From NCBI GenBank assembly GCA_964016885.1, contig OZ024741.1, forward strand, positions 24,428,001-24,492,000: 64,000 nt of DNA, in the 5' to 3' direction. The translations under genes were made by a program, and so were the position numbers. The stretch is from Eledone cirrhosa (Eukaryota). The notes beneath the pieces are model-generated. The model did not search any database. It was not told where the DNA came from and saw only the letters and a program-made list of their open reading frames with translations. How positions within the stretch are numbered: the first letter of the stretch is position 1; each line of letters begins with the position of its first letter. This document shows positions 39,971 through 55,800 of the stretch, one piece after another.

Positions 39971-40800
39971 TGTGCTTCAGCCGTGACCCAACCCTAATCC
40001 AGTACATATATAGTAAAGGACTGTGCTTCAGCTGTCACCTAACCCTAATCCAGTACATATATAGTAAAAGACTATGCTTCAGCTGTCACCTAACCCTAAT
40101 CCAGTACATATATAGTAAAAGACTGTGCTTCAGCTGTCACCTAACTCTAATCCAGTACATATATAGTAAAAGACCGTGCTTCAGCTGTCACCTAACCTCA
40201 ATCCAGTACATATATAGTAAAAGACCGTGCTTCAGCTGTCACCTAACCTTAATCCAGTACGTATATAGTAAAAGACCGTGCTTCAGCTGTCACCTAACCT
40301 TAATCCAGTACATATATAGTAAAAGACCGTGCTTCAGCTGTCACCTAACCTTAATCCAGTACATATATAGTAAAAGACCGTGCTTCAGCTGTCACCTAAC
40401 CTTAATCCAGTACATATATAGTAAAAGACCGTGCTTCAGCTGTCACCTAAACTTAATTCAGTACATATATAGTAAAAGACTGTGCTTCAGCTGTCACCTA
40501 ATCTTAATCCAGTACATATATAGCAAAAGACTGTGCTTCAGCTGTCACCTAACATTAATCCAGTACTTATATAGTAAAAGACTGTGCTTCAGCTGTCACC
40601 TAACTCTAATCCAGTACATATATAGTAAAAGACTGTGCTTCAGCTGTCACCTAACTCTAATCCAGTACATATATAGTAAAAGACCATGCTTCAGCTGTCA
40701 CCTAACCCTAATCCAGTACATATATAGTAAAAGACCGTGCTTCAGCTGTCACCTAACCCTAATCCAGTACATATATAGTAAAAGACTGTGCTTCAGCTGT
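39000..40800 (+). repeat. ~1.8 kb block duplicated at ~45120-46920 (offset 6,119 = 120x51-1); its distal half also matches ~3040-3860
   Basis: ORF pair 39627/45746. Both copies show the same order of TAACGTTAA, TCCATTAC, CACATAAC, GACCCAAC..AAAGGAC, CCTCAA, TACGTA, AAACTTAATT and TAATCTTAA..AGCAAAA variants. Confidence 0.8.
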
Positions 40801-43800
40801 CACCTAACCCTAATCCAGTACATATATAGTAAAAGACAGTGCCTCAGCTGTGACCTAACCCTAATCCAGTACATATATAGTAAAAGACTGTGCTTCAGCT
40901 GTCACCTAACTCTAATCCAGTACATATATAGTAAAAGACTGTGCTTCAGCCACGACCTAACTCTAATCCAGTACATATATAGTAAAGGACCGTGCTTCAG
41001 CCATGACGTAACTTTAATCCAATCCATATATAGTAAAAGACTGTGCTTCAGCTGTCACCTAACCCTAATCCAGTACATATATAGTAAAAGACTGTGCTTC
41101 AGCTGTCACCTAACCCTAATCCAGTACATATATAGTAAAAGACTGTGCTTCAGCTGTCACCTAACTCTAATCCAGTACATATATAGTAAAAGACTGTGCT
41201 TCAGCTGTCACCTAACTCTAATCCAGTACATATATAGTAAAAGACCCTGTCTCAGCCATGACCTAACCCTAATCCAGTACATATATAGTAAAAGACTGTG
41301 CTGCAGCCATGACCTAACCCTAATCCAGTACATATATAGTAAAAGACTGTGCTTCAGCTGTGACCTAACCCTAATCCAGTACATATATAGTAAAAGACTG
41401 TGCTTCAGCTGTCACCTAACCCTAATCCAGTACATATATAGTAAAAGACAGTGCCTCAGCTGTGACCTAACCCTAATCCAGTACATATATAGTAAAAGAC
41501 TGTGCTTCAGCTGTCACCTAACCCTAATCCAGTACATATATAGTAAAAGACTGTGCTTCAGCTGTCACCTAACCCTAATCCAGTACATATATAGTAAAAG
41601 ACTGTGCTTCAGCTGTCACCTAACCCTAATCCAGTACATATATAGTAAAAGACTGTGCTTCAGCTGTCACCTAACCCTAATCCAGTACATATATAGTAAA
41701 AGACTGTGCTTCAGCCATGACCTAACCCTAATCCAGTACATATATAGTAAAAGACTGTGCTTCAGCCTTGACCTAACCCTAATCCAGTAGATATATAGAA
41801 AAATACCGTGCTTCAGCTGTCACCTAACCCTAATCCAGTACATATATAGTAAAAGACTGTGCTTCAGCTGTCACCTAACTCTAATCCAGTACATATATAG
41901 TAAAAGACTGTGCTTCAGCTGTCACCTAACTCTAATCCAGTACATATATAGTAAAAGACTGTGCCTCAGCCATGACCTAACTCTAATCCAGTACATATAT
42001 AGTAAAAGACTGTGCTTCAGCTGTCACCTAACCCTAATCCAGTACATATATAGTAAAAGACCGTGCCTCAGCCATGACCTAACCCTAATCCAGTATATAT
42101 ATAGTAAAAGACTGTGCTTCAGCTGTCACCTAACTGTAATCCAGTACATATATAGTAAAAGACAGTGCTTCAGCCATGACCTAACCCTAATCCAGTACAT
42201 ATATAGTAAAAGACTGTGCTTCAGCCATGAGCTAACTCTAATCCAGTACATATATAGTAAAAGACTGTGCTTCAGCTGTCACCTAACTCCAATCCAGTAC
42301 ATATATAGTAAAAGACCGTGCTTCAGCTGTCACCTAACCCTAATCCAGTACATATATAGTAAAAGACTGTGCTTCAGCTGTCACCTAACTCTAATCCAGG
42401 AAATATATAGTAAAAGACTGTGCTTCAGCCATGACCTAACCCTAATCCAGTACATATATAGTAAAAGACTGTGCTTCAGCCATGACCTAACCCCAATCCA
42501 GTACGTATATAGTAAAAGACCGTGCTTCAGCTGTCACCTAACCCTAATCCAGTACATATATAGTAAAAGACTGTGCTTCAGCCATGACCTAACTCTAATC
42601 CAGTACATATATAGTAAAAGACTGTGCTTCAGCTGTCACCTAACCCTAATCCAGTACATATATAGTAAAAGACTGTGCTTCAGCTGTGACCTAACCCTAA
42701 TCCAGTACATATATAGTAAAAGACTATGCTTCAGCTGTCACCTAACTCTAATCCAGTATATATATAGTAAAAGACTGTGCTTCAGCTGTGACCTAACCCT
42801 AATCCAGTACATATATAGTAAAAGACTGTGCTTCAGCTGTCAACTAACCCTAATCCAGTACATATATAGTAAAAGAGTCTGCTTCAGCTTTCACCTAACC
42901 CTTATCCAGTACATATATAGTAAAAGACCGTGCTTCATCCCTGACCTAACCCTAATCCAGTACATATATAGTAAAAGACCGTGTTTCAGCTCTGACCTAA
43001 CCCTAATCCAGTACATATATAGTAAAAGACTGTGCTTCAGCCATGACCTAACCCTAATCCAGTACATATATAGTAAAAGACCGTGCTTCAGACATGACCT
43101 AACCCTAATCCAGTACATATATAGTAAAGACTGTGTTTCAGCTGTCACCTAACCCTAATCTACTACATATATAGTAAAAGACTGTGTTTCAGCTGTCACC
43201 TAACCCTAATCCAGTACATATATAGTAAAAGACCGTGCTTCAGCCATGACCTAACCCTAATCCAGTACATATATAGTAAAAGACCGTGCTTCAGCCATGA
43301 CGTAACTTTAATCCAATCCATATATAGTAAAAGACTGTGCCTCAGCTGTGACCTAACCCTAATCCAGTACATATATAGTAAAAGACCATGCTTCAGCCAT
43401 GACCTAACCCTAATCCAGTACATATATAGTAAAAGACTGTGCTTCAGCTGTCACCTAACTCTAATCCAGTACATATATAGTAAAAGACCGTGCCTCAGCT
43501 GTCACCTAACTCTAATCCAGTACATATATAGTAAAAGACTGTGCTTCAGCTGTCACCTAACCCTAATCCAGTACATATATAGTAAAAGACTGTGCTTCAG
43601 CTGTGACCTAACCCTAATCCAGTACATATATGGTAAAAGGCTGTACTTCAGCCATGACCTAACCCTAATCCAGTACATATATAGTAAAAGACTGTGCTTC
43701 AGCTGTCACCTAACCCTAATCCAGTACATATATAGTAAAAGACTGTGCTTCAGCCATGACCTAACCCTAATCCAGTACATATATAGTAAAAGACTGTGCT

Positions 43801-46800
43801 TCAGCTGTCACCTAACCCTAATCCAGTACATATATAGTAAAAGACTTTGTTTCAGCTGTCACCTAACCCTAATCCAGTACATATATAGTAAAAGACTGTG
43901 CTTCAGCTGTCACCTAACGTTAATCCAGTACATATATAGTAAAAGACCGTGCCTCAGCCATGACCTAACCCTAATCCAGTACATATATAGTAAAAGACTG
44001 TGTTTCAGCTGTCACCTAACCCTAATCCAGTACATATATAGTAAAAGACTGTGTTTCAGCTGTCACCTAACCCTAATCCAGTACATATATAGTAAAAGAC
44101 TGTGCTTCAGCTGTCACCTAACCCTAATCCAGTACATATATAGTAAAAGACTGTGCTTCAGCTGTCACCTAACGTTAATCCAGTACATATATAGTAAAAG
44201 ACCGTGCCTCAGCCATGACCTAACCCTAATCTAGTACATATATAGTAAAAGACTGTGCTTCAGCTGTCACCTAACTCTAATCCAGTACATATATAGTAAA
44301 AGACCGTGCTTCAGCTGTCACCTAACCTTAATCCAGTACATATATAGTAAAAGACCGTGCTTCAGCTGTCACCTAACCTTAATCCAGTACATATATAGTA
44401 AAAGACTGTGCTTCAGCTGTCACCTAACTCTAATCCATTACATATATAGTAAAAGACCGTGCTTCAGCTGTCACCTAACCTTAATCCAGTACATATATAG
44501 TAAAAGACCATGCTTCAGCTGTCACCTAACCTTAATCCAGTACATATATAGTAAAAGACTGTGCCTCAGCTGTCACCTAACTCTAATCCAGTACATATAT
44601 AGTAAAAGACTGTTATTCAGCTGTCACCTAACCCTAACCCAGTACATATATAGTAAAAGACTCTGCTTCAGCTGTCACCTAACCCTAATCCAGTACATAT
44701 ATAGTAAAAGACTCTGCTTCAGCCATGACCTAACCCTAATCAAGTACATATATAGTAAAAGACTGTGCCTCAGCTGTCACCTAACCCTAATCCAGTACAT
44801 ATATAGTAAAAGACTGTGCTTCAGCTGTCACCTAACCCTAATCCAGTACATATATAGTAAAAGACTGTGCTTCAGCTGACTCCTAACCCTAATCCAGTAC
44901 ATATATAGTAAAAGACTGTGCTTCAGCTGACTCCTAACCCTAATCCAGTACATATATAGTAAAAGACTGTGCTTCAGCTGTCACCTAACCCTAATCCAGT
45001 ACATATATAGTAAAAGACTGTGTTTCAGCTGTCACCTAACCCTAATCCAGTACATATATAGTAAAAGACTGTGTTTCAGCTGTCACCTAACCCTAATCCA
45101 GTACATATATAGTAAAAGACTGTGCTTCAGCTGTCACCTAACGTTAATCTAGTACATATATAGTAAAAGACCGTGCCTCAGCCATGACCTAACCCTAATC
45201 TAGTACATATATAGTAAAAGACTGTGCTTCAGCTGTCACCTAACTCTAATCCAGTACATATATAGTAAAAGACCGTGCTTCAGCTGTCACCTAACCTTAA
45301 TCCAGTACATATATAGTAAAAGACCGTGCTTCAGCTGTCACCTAACCTTAATCCAGTACATATATAGTAAAAGACTGTGCTTCAGCTGTCACCTAACTCT
45401 AATCCATTACATATATAGTAAAAGACCGTGCTTCAGCTGTCACCTAACCTTAATCCAGTACATATATAGTAAAAGACCATGCTTCAGCTGTCACCTAACC
45501 TTAATCCAGTACATATATAGTAAAAGACCGTGCTTCAGCTGTCACCTAACCTTAATCCAGTACATATATAGTAAAAGACTGTGCTTCAGCTGTCACCTAA
45601 CCCTAATCCAGTACATATATAGTAAAAGACTGTGCTTCAGCTGTCACCTAACCCCAATCCAGTACATATATAGTAAAAGACTGTGCTTCAGCTGTCACCT
45701 AACTCTAATCCAGTACATATATAGTAAAAGACTGTGCTTCAGCTGTCACATAACTCTAATCCAGTACATATATAGTAAAAGACCGTGCCTCAGCCATGAC
45801 CTAACCCTAATCCAGTACATATATAGTAAAAGACTGTGCTTCAGACATGACCTAACCCTAATCCAGTACATATATAGTAAAAGACTGTGCTTCAGCTGTG
45901 ACCTAACACTAATCCAGTACATATATAGTAAAAGACTGTGCTTCAGCCATGACCTAACTCTAATCCAGTACATATATAGTAAAAGACTGTGCTTCAGCTG
46001 TCACCTAACCCTAATCCAGTACATATATAGTAAAAGACTGTGCTTCAGCTGTGACCTAACCCTAATCCAGTACATATATAGTAAAAGACTGTGCTTCAGC
46101 CATGACCCAACCCTAATCCAGTACATATATAGTAAAGGACTGTGCTTCAGCTGTCACCTAACCCTAATCCAGTACATATATAGTAAAAGACTATGCTTCA
46201 GCTGTCACCTAACCCTAATCCAGTACATATATAGTAAAAGACTGTGCTTCAGCTGTCACCTAACTCTAATCCAGTACATATATAGTAAAAGACCGTGCTT
46301 CAGCTGTCACCTAACCTCAATCCAGTACATATATAGTAAAAGACCGTGCTTCAGCTGTCACCTAACCTTAATCCAGTACGTATATAGTAAAAGACCGTGC
46401 TTCAGCTGTCACCTAACCTTAATCCAGTACATATATAGTAAAAGACCGTGCTTCAGCTGTCACCTAACCTTAATCCAGTACATATATAGTAAAAGACCGT
46501 GCTTCAGCTGTCACCTAACCTTAATCCAGTACATATATAGTAAAAGACCGTGCTTCAGCTGTCACCTAAACTTAATTCAGTACATATATAGTAAAAGACT
46601 GTGCTTCAGCTGTCACCTAATCTTAATCCAGTACATATATAGCAAAAGACTGTGCTTCAGCTGTCACCTAACATTAATCCAGTACTTATATAGTAAAAGA
46701 CTGTGCTTCAGCTGTCACCTAACTCTAATCCAGTACATATATAGTAAAAGACTGTGCTTCAGCTGTCACCTAACTCTAATCCAGTACATATATAGTAAAA

Positions 46801-49800
46801 GACCATGCTTCAGCTGTCACCTAACCCTAATCCAGTACATATATAGTAAAAGACCGTGCTTCAGCTGTCACCTAACCCTAATCCAGTACATATATAGTAA
46901 AAGACTGTGCTTCAGCTGTCACCTAACTCTAATCCAGTACATATATAGTAAAAGACTGTGCTTCAGCTGTCACCTAACTCTAATCCAGTACATATATAGT
47001 AAAAGACTGTGCTTCAGCCACGACCTAACTCTAATCCAGTACATATATAGTAAAGGACCGTGCTTCAGCCATGACGTAACTTTAATCCAATCCATATATA
47101 GTAAAAGACTGTGCTTCAGCTGTCACCTAACCCTAATCCAGTACATATATAGTAAAAGACTGTGCTTCAGCTGTCACCTAACTCTAATCCAGTACATATA
47201 TAGTAAAAGACTGTGTTTGAGCTGTCACCTAACCCTAATCCATTACATATATAGTAAAAGACCGTGCTTCAGCTGTCACCTAACCTTAATCCAGTACATA
47301 TATAGTAAAAGACCATGCTTCAGCTGTCACCTAACCTTAATCCAGTACATATATAGTAAAAGACCGTGCTTCAGCTGTCACCTAACCTTAATCCAGTACA
47401 TATATAGTAAAAGACTGTGCTTCAGCTGTCACCTAACTCTAATCCAGTACATATATAGTAAAAGACTGTGCTTCAGCTGTCACCTAACCCCAATCCAGTA
47501 CATATATAGTAAAAGACTGTGCTTCAGCTGTCACCTAACTCTAATCCAGTACATATATAGTAAAAGACTGTGCTTCAGCTGTCACATAACTCTAATCCAG
47601 TACATATATAGTAAAAGACCGTGCCTCAGCCATGACCTAACCCTAATCCAGTACATATATAGTAAAAGACTGTGCTTCAGCCATGACCTAACCCTAATCC
47701 AGTACATATATAGTAAAAGACTGTGCTTCAGCTGTGACCTAACCCTAATCCAGTACATATATAGTAAAAGACTGTGCTTCAGCCATGACCTAACTCTAAT
47801 CCAGTACATATATAGTAAAAGACTGTGCTTCAGCTGTCACCTAACCCTAATCCAGTACATATATAGTAAAAGACTGTGCTTCAGCTGTGACCTAACCCTA
47901 ATCCAGTACATATATAGTAAAAGACCGTGCTTCAGCCATGACCTAACCCTAATCCAGTACATATATAGTAAAAGACTGTGCTTCAGCTGTCACCTAACTC
48001 TAATCCAGTACATATATAGTAAAAGACCGTGCCTCAGCTGTCACCTAACCCTAATCCAGTACATATATAGTAAAAGACTGTGCTTCAGCTGTCACCTAAT
48101 CTTAATCCAGTACATATATAGCAAAAGACTGTGCTTCAGCTGTCACCTAATCTTAATCCAGTACATATATAGCAAAAGACTGTGCTTCAGCTGTCACCTA
48201 ACATTAATCCAGTACTTATATAGTAAAAGACTGTGCTTCAGCTGTCACCTAACTCTAATCCAGTACATATATAGTAAAAGACTGTGCTTCAGCTGTCACC
48301 TAACTCTAATCCAGTACATATATAGTAAAAGACCATGCTTCAGCTGTCACCTAACCCTAATCCAGTACATATATAGTAAAAGACCGTGCTTCAGCTGTCA
48401 CCTAACCCTAATCCAGTACATATATAGTAAAAGACTGTGCTTCAGCTGTCACCTAACTCTAATCCAGTACATATATAGTAAAAGACTGTGCTTCAGCTGT
48501 CACCTAACTCTAATCCAGTACATATATAGTAAAAGACTGTGCTTCAGCCACGACCTAACTCTAATCCAGTACATATATAGTAAAGGACCGTGCTTCAGCC
48601 ATGACGTAACTTTAATCCAATCCATATATAGTAAAAGACTGTGCTTCAGCTGTCACCTAACCCTAATCCAGTACATATATAGTAAAAGACTGTGCTTCAG
48701 CTGTCACCTAACTCTAATCCAGTACATATATAGTAAAAGACTGTGTTTCAGCTGTCACCTAACCCTAATCCAGTACATATATAGTAAAAGACCGTGCTTC
48801 AGCCATGACCTAACCCTAATCCAGTACATATATAGTAAAAGACCGTGCTTCAGCCATGACGTAACTTTAATCCAATCCATATATAGTAAAAGACTGTGCC
48901 TCAGCTGTGACCTAACCCTAATCCAGTACATATATAGTAAAAGACCGTGCTTCAGCCATGACCTAACCCTAATCCAGTACATATATAGTAAAAGACTGTG
49001 CTTCAGCTGTCACCTAACTCTAATCCAGTACATATATAGTAAAAGACCGTGCCTCAGCTGTCACCTAACTCTAATCCAGTACATATATAGTAAAAGACTG
49101 TGCTTCAGCTGTCACCTAACCCTAATCCAGTACATATATAGTAAAAGACTGTGCTTCAGCTGTCACCTAACCCTAATCCAGTACATATATAGTAAAAGGC
49201 TGTACTTCAGCCATGACCTAACCCTAATCCAGTACATATATAGTAAAAGACTGTGCTTCAGCTGTCACCTAACCCTAATCCAGTACATATATAGTAAAAG
49301 ACTGTGCTTCAGCCATGACCTAACCCTAATCCAGTACATATATAGTAAAAGACTGTGCTTCAGCTGTCACCTAACCCTAATCCAGTACATATATAGTAAA
49401 AGACTGTGCCTCAGCTGTCACCTAACCCTAATCCAGTACATATATAGTAAAAGACTGTGCCTCAGCTGTCACCTAACCCTAATCCAGTACATATATAGTA
49501 AAAGACTGTGCTTCAGCTGTCACCTAACCCTAATCCAGTACATATATAGTAAAAGACTGTGCTTCAGCTGTCACCTAACCCTAATCCAGTACATATATAG
49601 TAAAAAGACCGTGCTCAGCTGTCACCTAACCCTAATCCAGTACATATATAGTAAAAGACTGTGCTTCAGCCATGACCTAACCCTAATCCAGTACATATAT
49701 AGTAAAAGACTGTGCTTCAGCTGTCACCTAACCCTAATCCAGTACATATATAGTAAAAGACTGTGCCTCAGCTGTCACCTAACCCTAATCCAGTACATAT

Positions 49801-52800
49801 ATAGTAAAAGACTGTGCCTCAGCTGTCACCTAACTCTAATCCAGTACATATATAGTAAAAGACTGTGCTTCAGCTGTCACCTAACCCTAACCCAGTACAT
49901 ATATAGTAAAAGACTCTGCTTCAGCTGTCACCTAACCCTAATCCAGTACATATATAGTAAAAGACTCTGCTTCAGCCATGACCTAACCCTAATCAAGTAC
50001 ATATATAGTAAAAGACTGTGCCTCAGCTGTCACCTAACCCTAATCCAGTACATATATAGTAAAAGACTGTGCTTCAGCTGTCACCTAACCCTAATCCAGT
50101 ACATATATAGTAAAAGACTGTGCTTCAGCTGACTCCTAACCCTAATCCAGTACATATATAGTAAAAGACTGTGCTTCAGCTGACTCCTAACCCTAATCCA
50201 GTACATATATAGTAAAAGACTGTGCTTCAGCTGTCACCTAACCCTAATCCAGTACATATATAGTAAAAGACTGTGTTTCAGCTGTCACCTAACCCTAATC
50301 CAGTACATATATAGTAAAAGACTGTGTTTCAGCTGTCACCTAACCCTAATCCAGTACATATATAGTAAAAGACTGTGCTTCAGCTGTCACCTAACCCTAA
50401 TCCAGTACATATATAGTAAAAGACTGTGCTTCAGCTGTCACCTAACGTTAATCCAGTACATATATAGTAAAAGACCGTGCCTCAGCCATGACCTAACCCT
50501 AATCTTGTACATATATAGTAAAAGACTGTGCTTCAGCTGTCACCTAACTCTAATCCAGTACATATATAGTAAAAGACCGTGCTTCGGCTGTCACCTAACC
50601 TTAATCCAGTACATATATAGTAAAAGACCGTGCTTCAGCTGTCACCTAACCTTAATCCAGTACATATATAGTAAAAGACTGTGCTTCAGCTGTCACCTAA
50701 CTCTAATCCAGTACATATATAGTAAAAGACCGTGCTTCAGCTGTCACCTAACCTTAATCCAGTACATATATAGTAAAAGACCATGCTTCAGCTGTCACCT
50801 AACCTTAATCCAGTACATATATAGTAAAAGACCGTGCTTCAGCTGTCACCTAACCTTAATCCAGTACATATATAGTAAAAGACTGTGCTTCAGCTGTCAC
50901 CTAACCCTAATCCAGTACATATATAGTAAAAGACTGTGCTTCAGCTGTCACCTAACCCCAATCCAGTACATATATAGTAAAAGACTGTGCTTCAGCTGTC
51001 ACCTAACTCTAATCCAGTACATATATAGTAAAAGACTGTGCTTCAGCTGTCACATAACTCTAATCCAGTACATATATAGTAAAAGACCGTGCCTCAGCCA
51101 TGACCTAACCCTAATCCAGTACATATATAGTAAAAGACTGTCCTTCAGCCATGACCTAACCCTAATCCAGTACATATATAGTAAAAGACTGTGCTTCAGC
51201 TGTGACCTAACCCTAATCCAGTACATATATAGTAAAAGACTGTGCTTCAGCCATGACCTAACTCTAATCCAGTACATATATAGTAAAAGACTGTGCTTCA
51301 GCTGTCACCTAACCCTAATCCAGTACATATATAGTAAAAGACTGTGCTTCAGCTGTGACCTAACCCTAATCCAGTACATATATAGTAAAAGACTATGCTT
51401 CAGCTGTCACCTAACTCTAATCCAGTATATATATAGTAAAAGACTGTGCTTCAGCTGTGACCTAACCCTAATCCAGTACATATATAGTAAAAGACTGTGC
51501 TTCAGCTGTCACCTAACCCTAATCCAGTACATATATAGTAAAAGAGTCTGCTTCAGCTTTCACCTAACCCTTATCCAGTACATATATAGTAAAAGACCGT
51601 GCTTCATCCCTGACCTAACCCTAATCCAGTACATATATAGTAAAAGACCGTGTTTCAGCTCTGACCTAACCCTAATCCAGTACATATATAGTAAAAGACT
51701 GTGCTTCAGCCATGACCTAACCCTAATCCAGTACATATATAGTAAAAGACCGTGCTTCAGACATGACCTAACCCTAATCCAGTACATATATAGTAAAGAC
51801 TGTGTTTCAGCTGTCACCTAACCCTAATCTACTACATATATAGTAAAAGACTGTGTTTCAGCTGTCACCTAACCCTAATCCAGTACATATATAGTAAAAG
51901 ACCGTGCTTCAGCCATGACCTAACCCTAATCCAGTACATATATAGTAAAAGACCGTGCTTCAGCCATGACGTAACTTTAATCCAATCCATATATAGTAAA
52001 AGACTGTGCCTCAGCTGTGACCTAACCTTAATCCAGTACATATATAGTAAAAGACCATGCTTCAGCCATGACCTAACCCTAATCCAGTACATATATAGTA
52101 AAAGACTGTGCTTCAGCTGTCACCTAACTCTAATCCAGTACATATATAGTAAAAGACCGTGCCTCAGCTGTCACCTAACTCTAATCCAGTACATATATAG
52201 TAAAAGACTGTGCTTCAGCTGTCACCTAACCCTAATCCAGTACATATATAGTAAAAGACTGTGCTTCAGCTGTGACCTAACCCTAATCCAGTACATATAT
52301 GGTAAAAGGCTGTACTTCAGCCATGACCTAACCCTAATCCAGTACATATATAGTAAAAGACTGTGCTTCAGCTGTCACCTAACCCTAATCCAGTACATAT
52401 ATAGTAAAAGACTGTGCTTCAGCCATGACCTAACCCTAATCCAGTATATATATAGTAAAAGACTGTGCTTCAGCTGTCACCTAACCCTAATCCAGTACAT
52501 ATATAGTAAAAGACTTTGTTTCAGCTGTCACCTAACCCTAATCCAGTACATATATAGTAAAAGACTGTGCTTCAGCTGTCACCTAACGTTAATCCAGTAC
52601 ATATATAGTAAAAGACCGTGCCTCAGCCATGACCTAACCCTAATCCAGTACATATATAGTAAAAGACTGTGTTTCAGCTGTCACCTAACCCTAATCCAGT
52701 ACATATATAGTAAAAGACTGTGTTTCAGCTGTCACCTAACCCTAATCCAGTACATATATAGTAAAAGACTGTGCTTCAGCTGTCACCTAACCCTAATCCA

Positions 52801-55800
52801 GTACATATATAGTAAAAGACTGTGCTTCAGCTGTCACCTAACGTTAATCCAGTACATATATAGTAAAAGACCGTGCCTCAGCCATGACCTAACCCTAATC
52901 TAGTACATATATAGTAAAAGACTGTGCTTCAGCTGTCACCTAACTCTAATCCAGTACATATATAGTAAAAGACCGTGCTTCAGCTGTCACCTAACCTTAA
53001 TCCAGTACATATATAGTAAAAGACCGTGCTTCAGCTGTCACCTAACCTTAATCCAGTACATATATAGTAAAAGACTGTGCTTCAGCTGTCACCTAACTCT
53101 AATCCATTACATATATAGTAAAAGACCGTGCTTCAGCTGTCACCTAACCTTAATCCAGTACATATATAGTAAAAGACCATGCTTCAGCTGTCACCTAACC
53201 TTAATCCAGTACATATATAGTAAAAGACCGTGCTTCAGCTGTCACCTAACCTTAATCCAGTACATATATAGTAAAAGAATGTGCTTCAGCTGTCACCTAA
53301 CCCTAATCCAGTACATATATAGTAAAAGACTGTGCTTCAGCTGTCACCTAACCCCAATCCAGTACATATATAGTAAAAGACTGTGCTTCAGCTGTCACCT
53401 AACTCTAATCCAGTACATATATAGTAAAAGACTGTGCTTCAGCTGTCACATAACTCTAATCCAGTACATATATAGTAAAAGACCGTGCCTCAGCCATGAC
53501 CTAACCCTAATCCAGTACATATATAGTAAAAGACTGTGCTTCAGCCATGACCTAACCCTAATCCAGTACATATATAGTAAAAGACTGTGCTTCAGCTGTG
53601 ACCTAACCCTAATCCAGTACATATATAGTAAAAGACTGTGCTTCAGCCATGACCTAACTCTAATCCAGTACATATATAGTAAAAGACTGTGCTTCAGCTG
53701 TCACCTAACCCTAATCCAGTACATATATAGTAAAAGACTGTGCTTCAGCTGTGACCTAACCCTAATCCAGTACATATATAGTAAAAGACTATGCTTCAGC
53801 TGTCACCTAACTCTAATCCAGTATATATATAGTAAAAGACTGTGCTTCAGCTGTGACCTAACCCTAATCCAGTACATATATAGTAAAAGACCGTGTTTCA
53901 GCTGTGACCTAACCCTAATCCAGTACATATATAGTAAAAGACTGTGCTTCAGCCATGACCTAACCCAAATCCAGTACATATATAGTAAAAGACTGTGCTT
54001 CAGACATGACCTAACCCTAATCCAGTACATATATAGTAAAGACTGTGTTTCAGCTGTCACCTAACCCTAATCCACTACATATATAGTAAAAGACCGTGCT
54101 TCAGCCATGACCTAACCCTAATCCAGTACATATATAGTAAAAGACCGTGCTTCAGCCATGACGTAACTTTAATCCAATCCATATATAGTAAAAGACTGTG
54201 CCTCAGCTGTGACCTAACCCTAATCCAGTACATATATAGTAAAAGACCATGCTTCAGCCATGACCTAACCCTAATCCAGTACATATATAGTAAAAGACTG
54301 TGCTTCAGCTGTCACCTAACTCTAATCCAGTACATATATAGTAAAAGACCGTGCCTCAGCTGTCACCTAACCCTAATCCAGTACATATATAGTAAAAGAC
54401 TGTGCTTCAGCTGTCACCTAACCCTAATCCAGTACATATATAGTAAAATACTGTGCTTCAGCTGTCACCTAACCCTCATCCAGTACATATATAGTAAAAG
54501 GCTGTACTTCAGCCATGACCTAACCCTAATCCAGTACATATATAGTAAAAGACTGTGCTTCAGCTGTCACCTAACCCTAATCCAGTACATATATAGTAAA
54601 AGACTGTGCTTCAGCCATGACCTAACCCTAATCCAGTACATATATAGTAAAAGACTGTGCTTCAGCTGTAACCTAACCCTAATCCAGTACATATATAGTA
54701 AAAGACTGTGCCTCAGCTGTCACCTAACCCTAATCCAGTACATATATAGTAAAAGACTGTGCCTCAGCTGTCACCTAACCCTAATCCAGTACATATATAG
54801 TAAAAGACTGTGCTTCAGCTGTCACCTAACCCTAATCCAGTACATATATAGTAAAAGACTGTGCTTCAGCTGTCACCTAACCCTAATCCAGTACATATAT
54901 AGTAAAAAGACCGTGCTCAGCTGTCACCTAACCCTAATCCAGTACATATATAGTAAAAGACTGTGCTTCAGCCATGACCTAACCCTAATCCAGTACATGT
55001 ATAGTAAAAGACTGTGCTTCAGCTGTCACCTAACCCTAATCCAGTACATATATAGTAAAAGACTGTGCCTCAGCTGTCACCTAACCCTAATCCAGTACAT
55101 ATATAGTAAAAGACTGTGCCTCAGCTGTCACCTAACCCTAATCCAGTACATATATAGTAAAAGACTGTGCTTCAGCTGTCACCTAACCCTAATCCAGTAC
55201 ATATATAGTAAAAGACTGTGCTTCAGCTGTCACCTAACCCTAATCCAGTACATATATAGTAAAAGACTCTGCTTCAGCCATGACCTAACCCTAATCCAGT
55301 ACATATATAGTAAAAGACTGTGCCTCAGCTGTCACCTAACCCTAATCCAGTACATATATAGTAAAAGACTGTGCTTCAGCTGTCACCTAACCCTAATCCA
55401 GTACATATATAGTAAAAGACTGTGCTTCAGCTGACTCCTAACCCTAATCCAGTACATATATAGTAAAAGACTGTGCTTCAGCTGACTCCTAACCCTAATC
55501 CAGTACATATATAGTAAAAGACTGTGCTTCAGCTGTCACCTAACCCTAATCCAGTACATATATAGTAAAAGACTGTGTTTCAGCTGTCACCTAACCCTAA
55601 TCCAGTACATATATAGTAAAAGACTGTGTTTCAGCTGTCACCTAACCCTAATACAGTACATATATAGTAAAAGACTGTGCTTCAGCTGCCACCTAAATCT
55701 AATCCAGTACATATATAGTAAAAGACTGTGCTTCAGCTGTCACCTAACCTTAATCCAGTACATATATAGTAAAAGACCGTGCCTCAGCCATGACCTAACC

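Noticed and set aside
47217-50132. Long plus-strand ORFs (971, 438, 352 and 350 aa) of repeated CFSCHLTLIQYIYSKRL
   Set aside because: 51 is divisible by 3 and one consensus frame happens to lack stops. The starts are chance GTG/TTG/ATG variants. Stop-creating alleles (TGACT, CAGTAG, CAGTAA, ATCTAG) and frameshifting 50-bp monomers have been freely amplified, so there is no sign of coding constraint.
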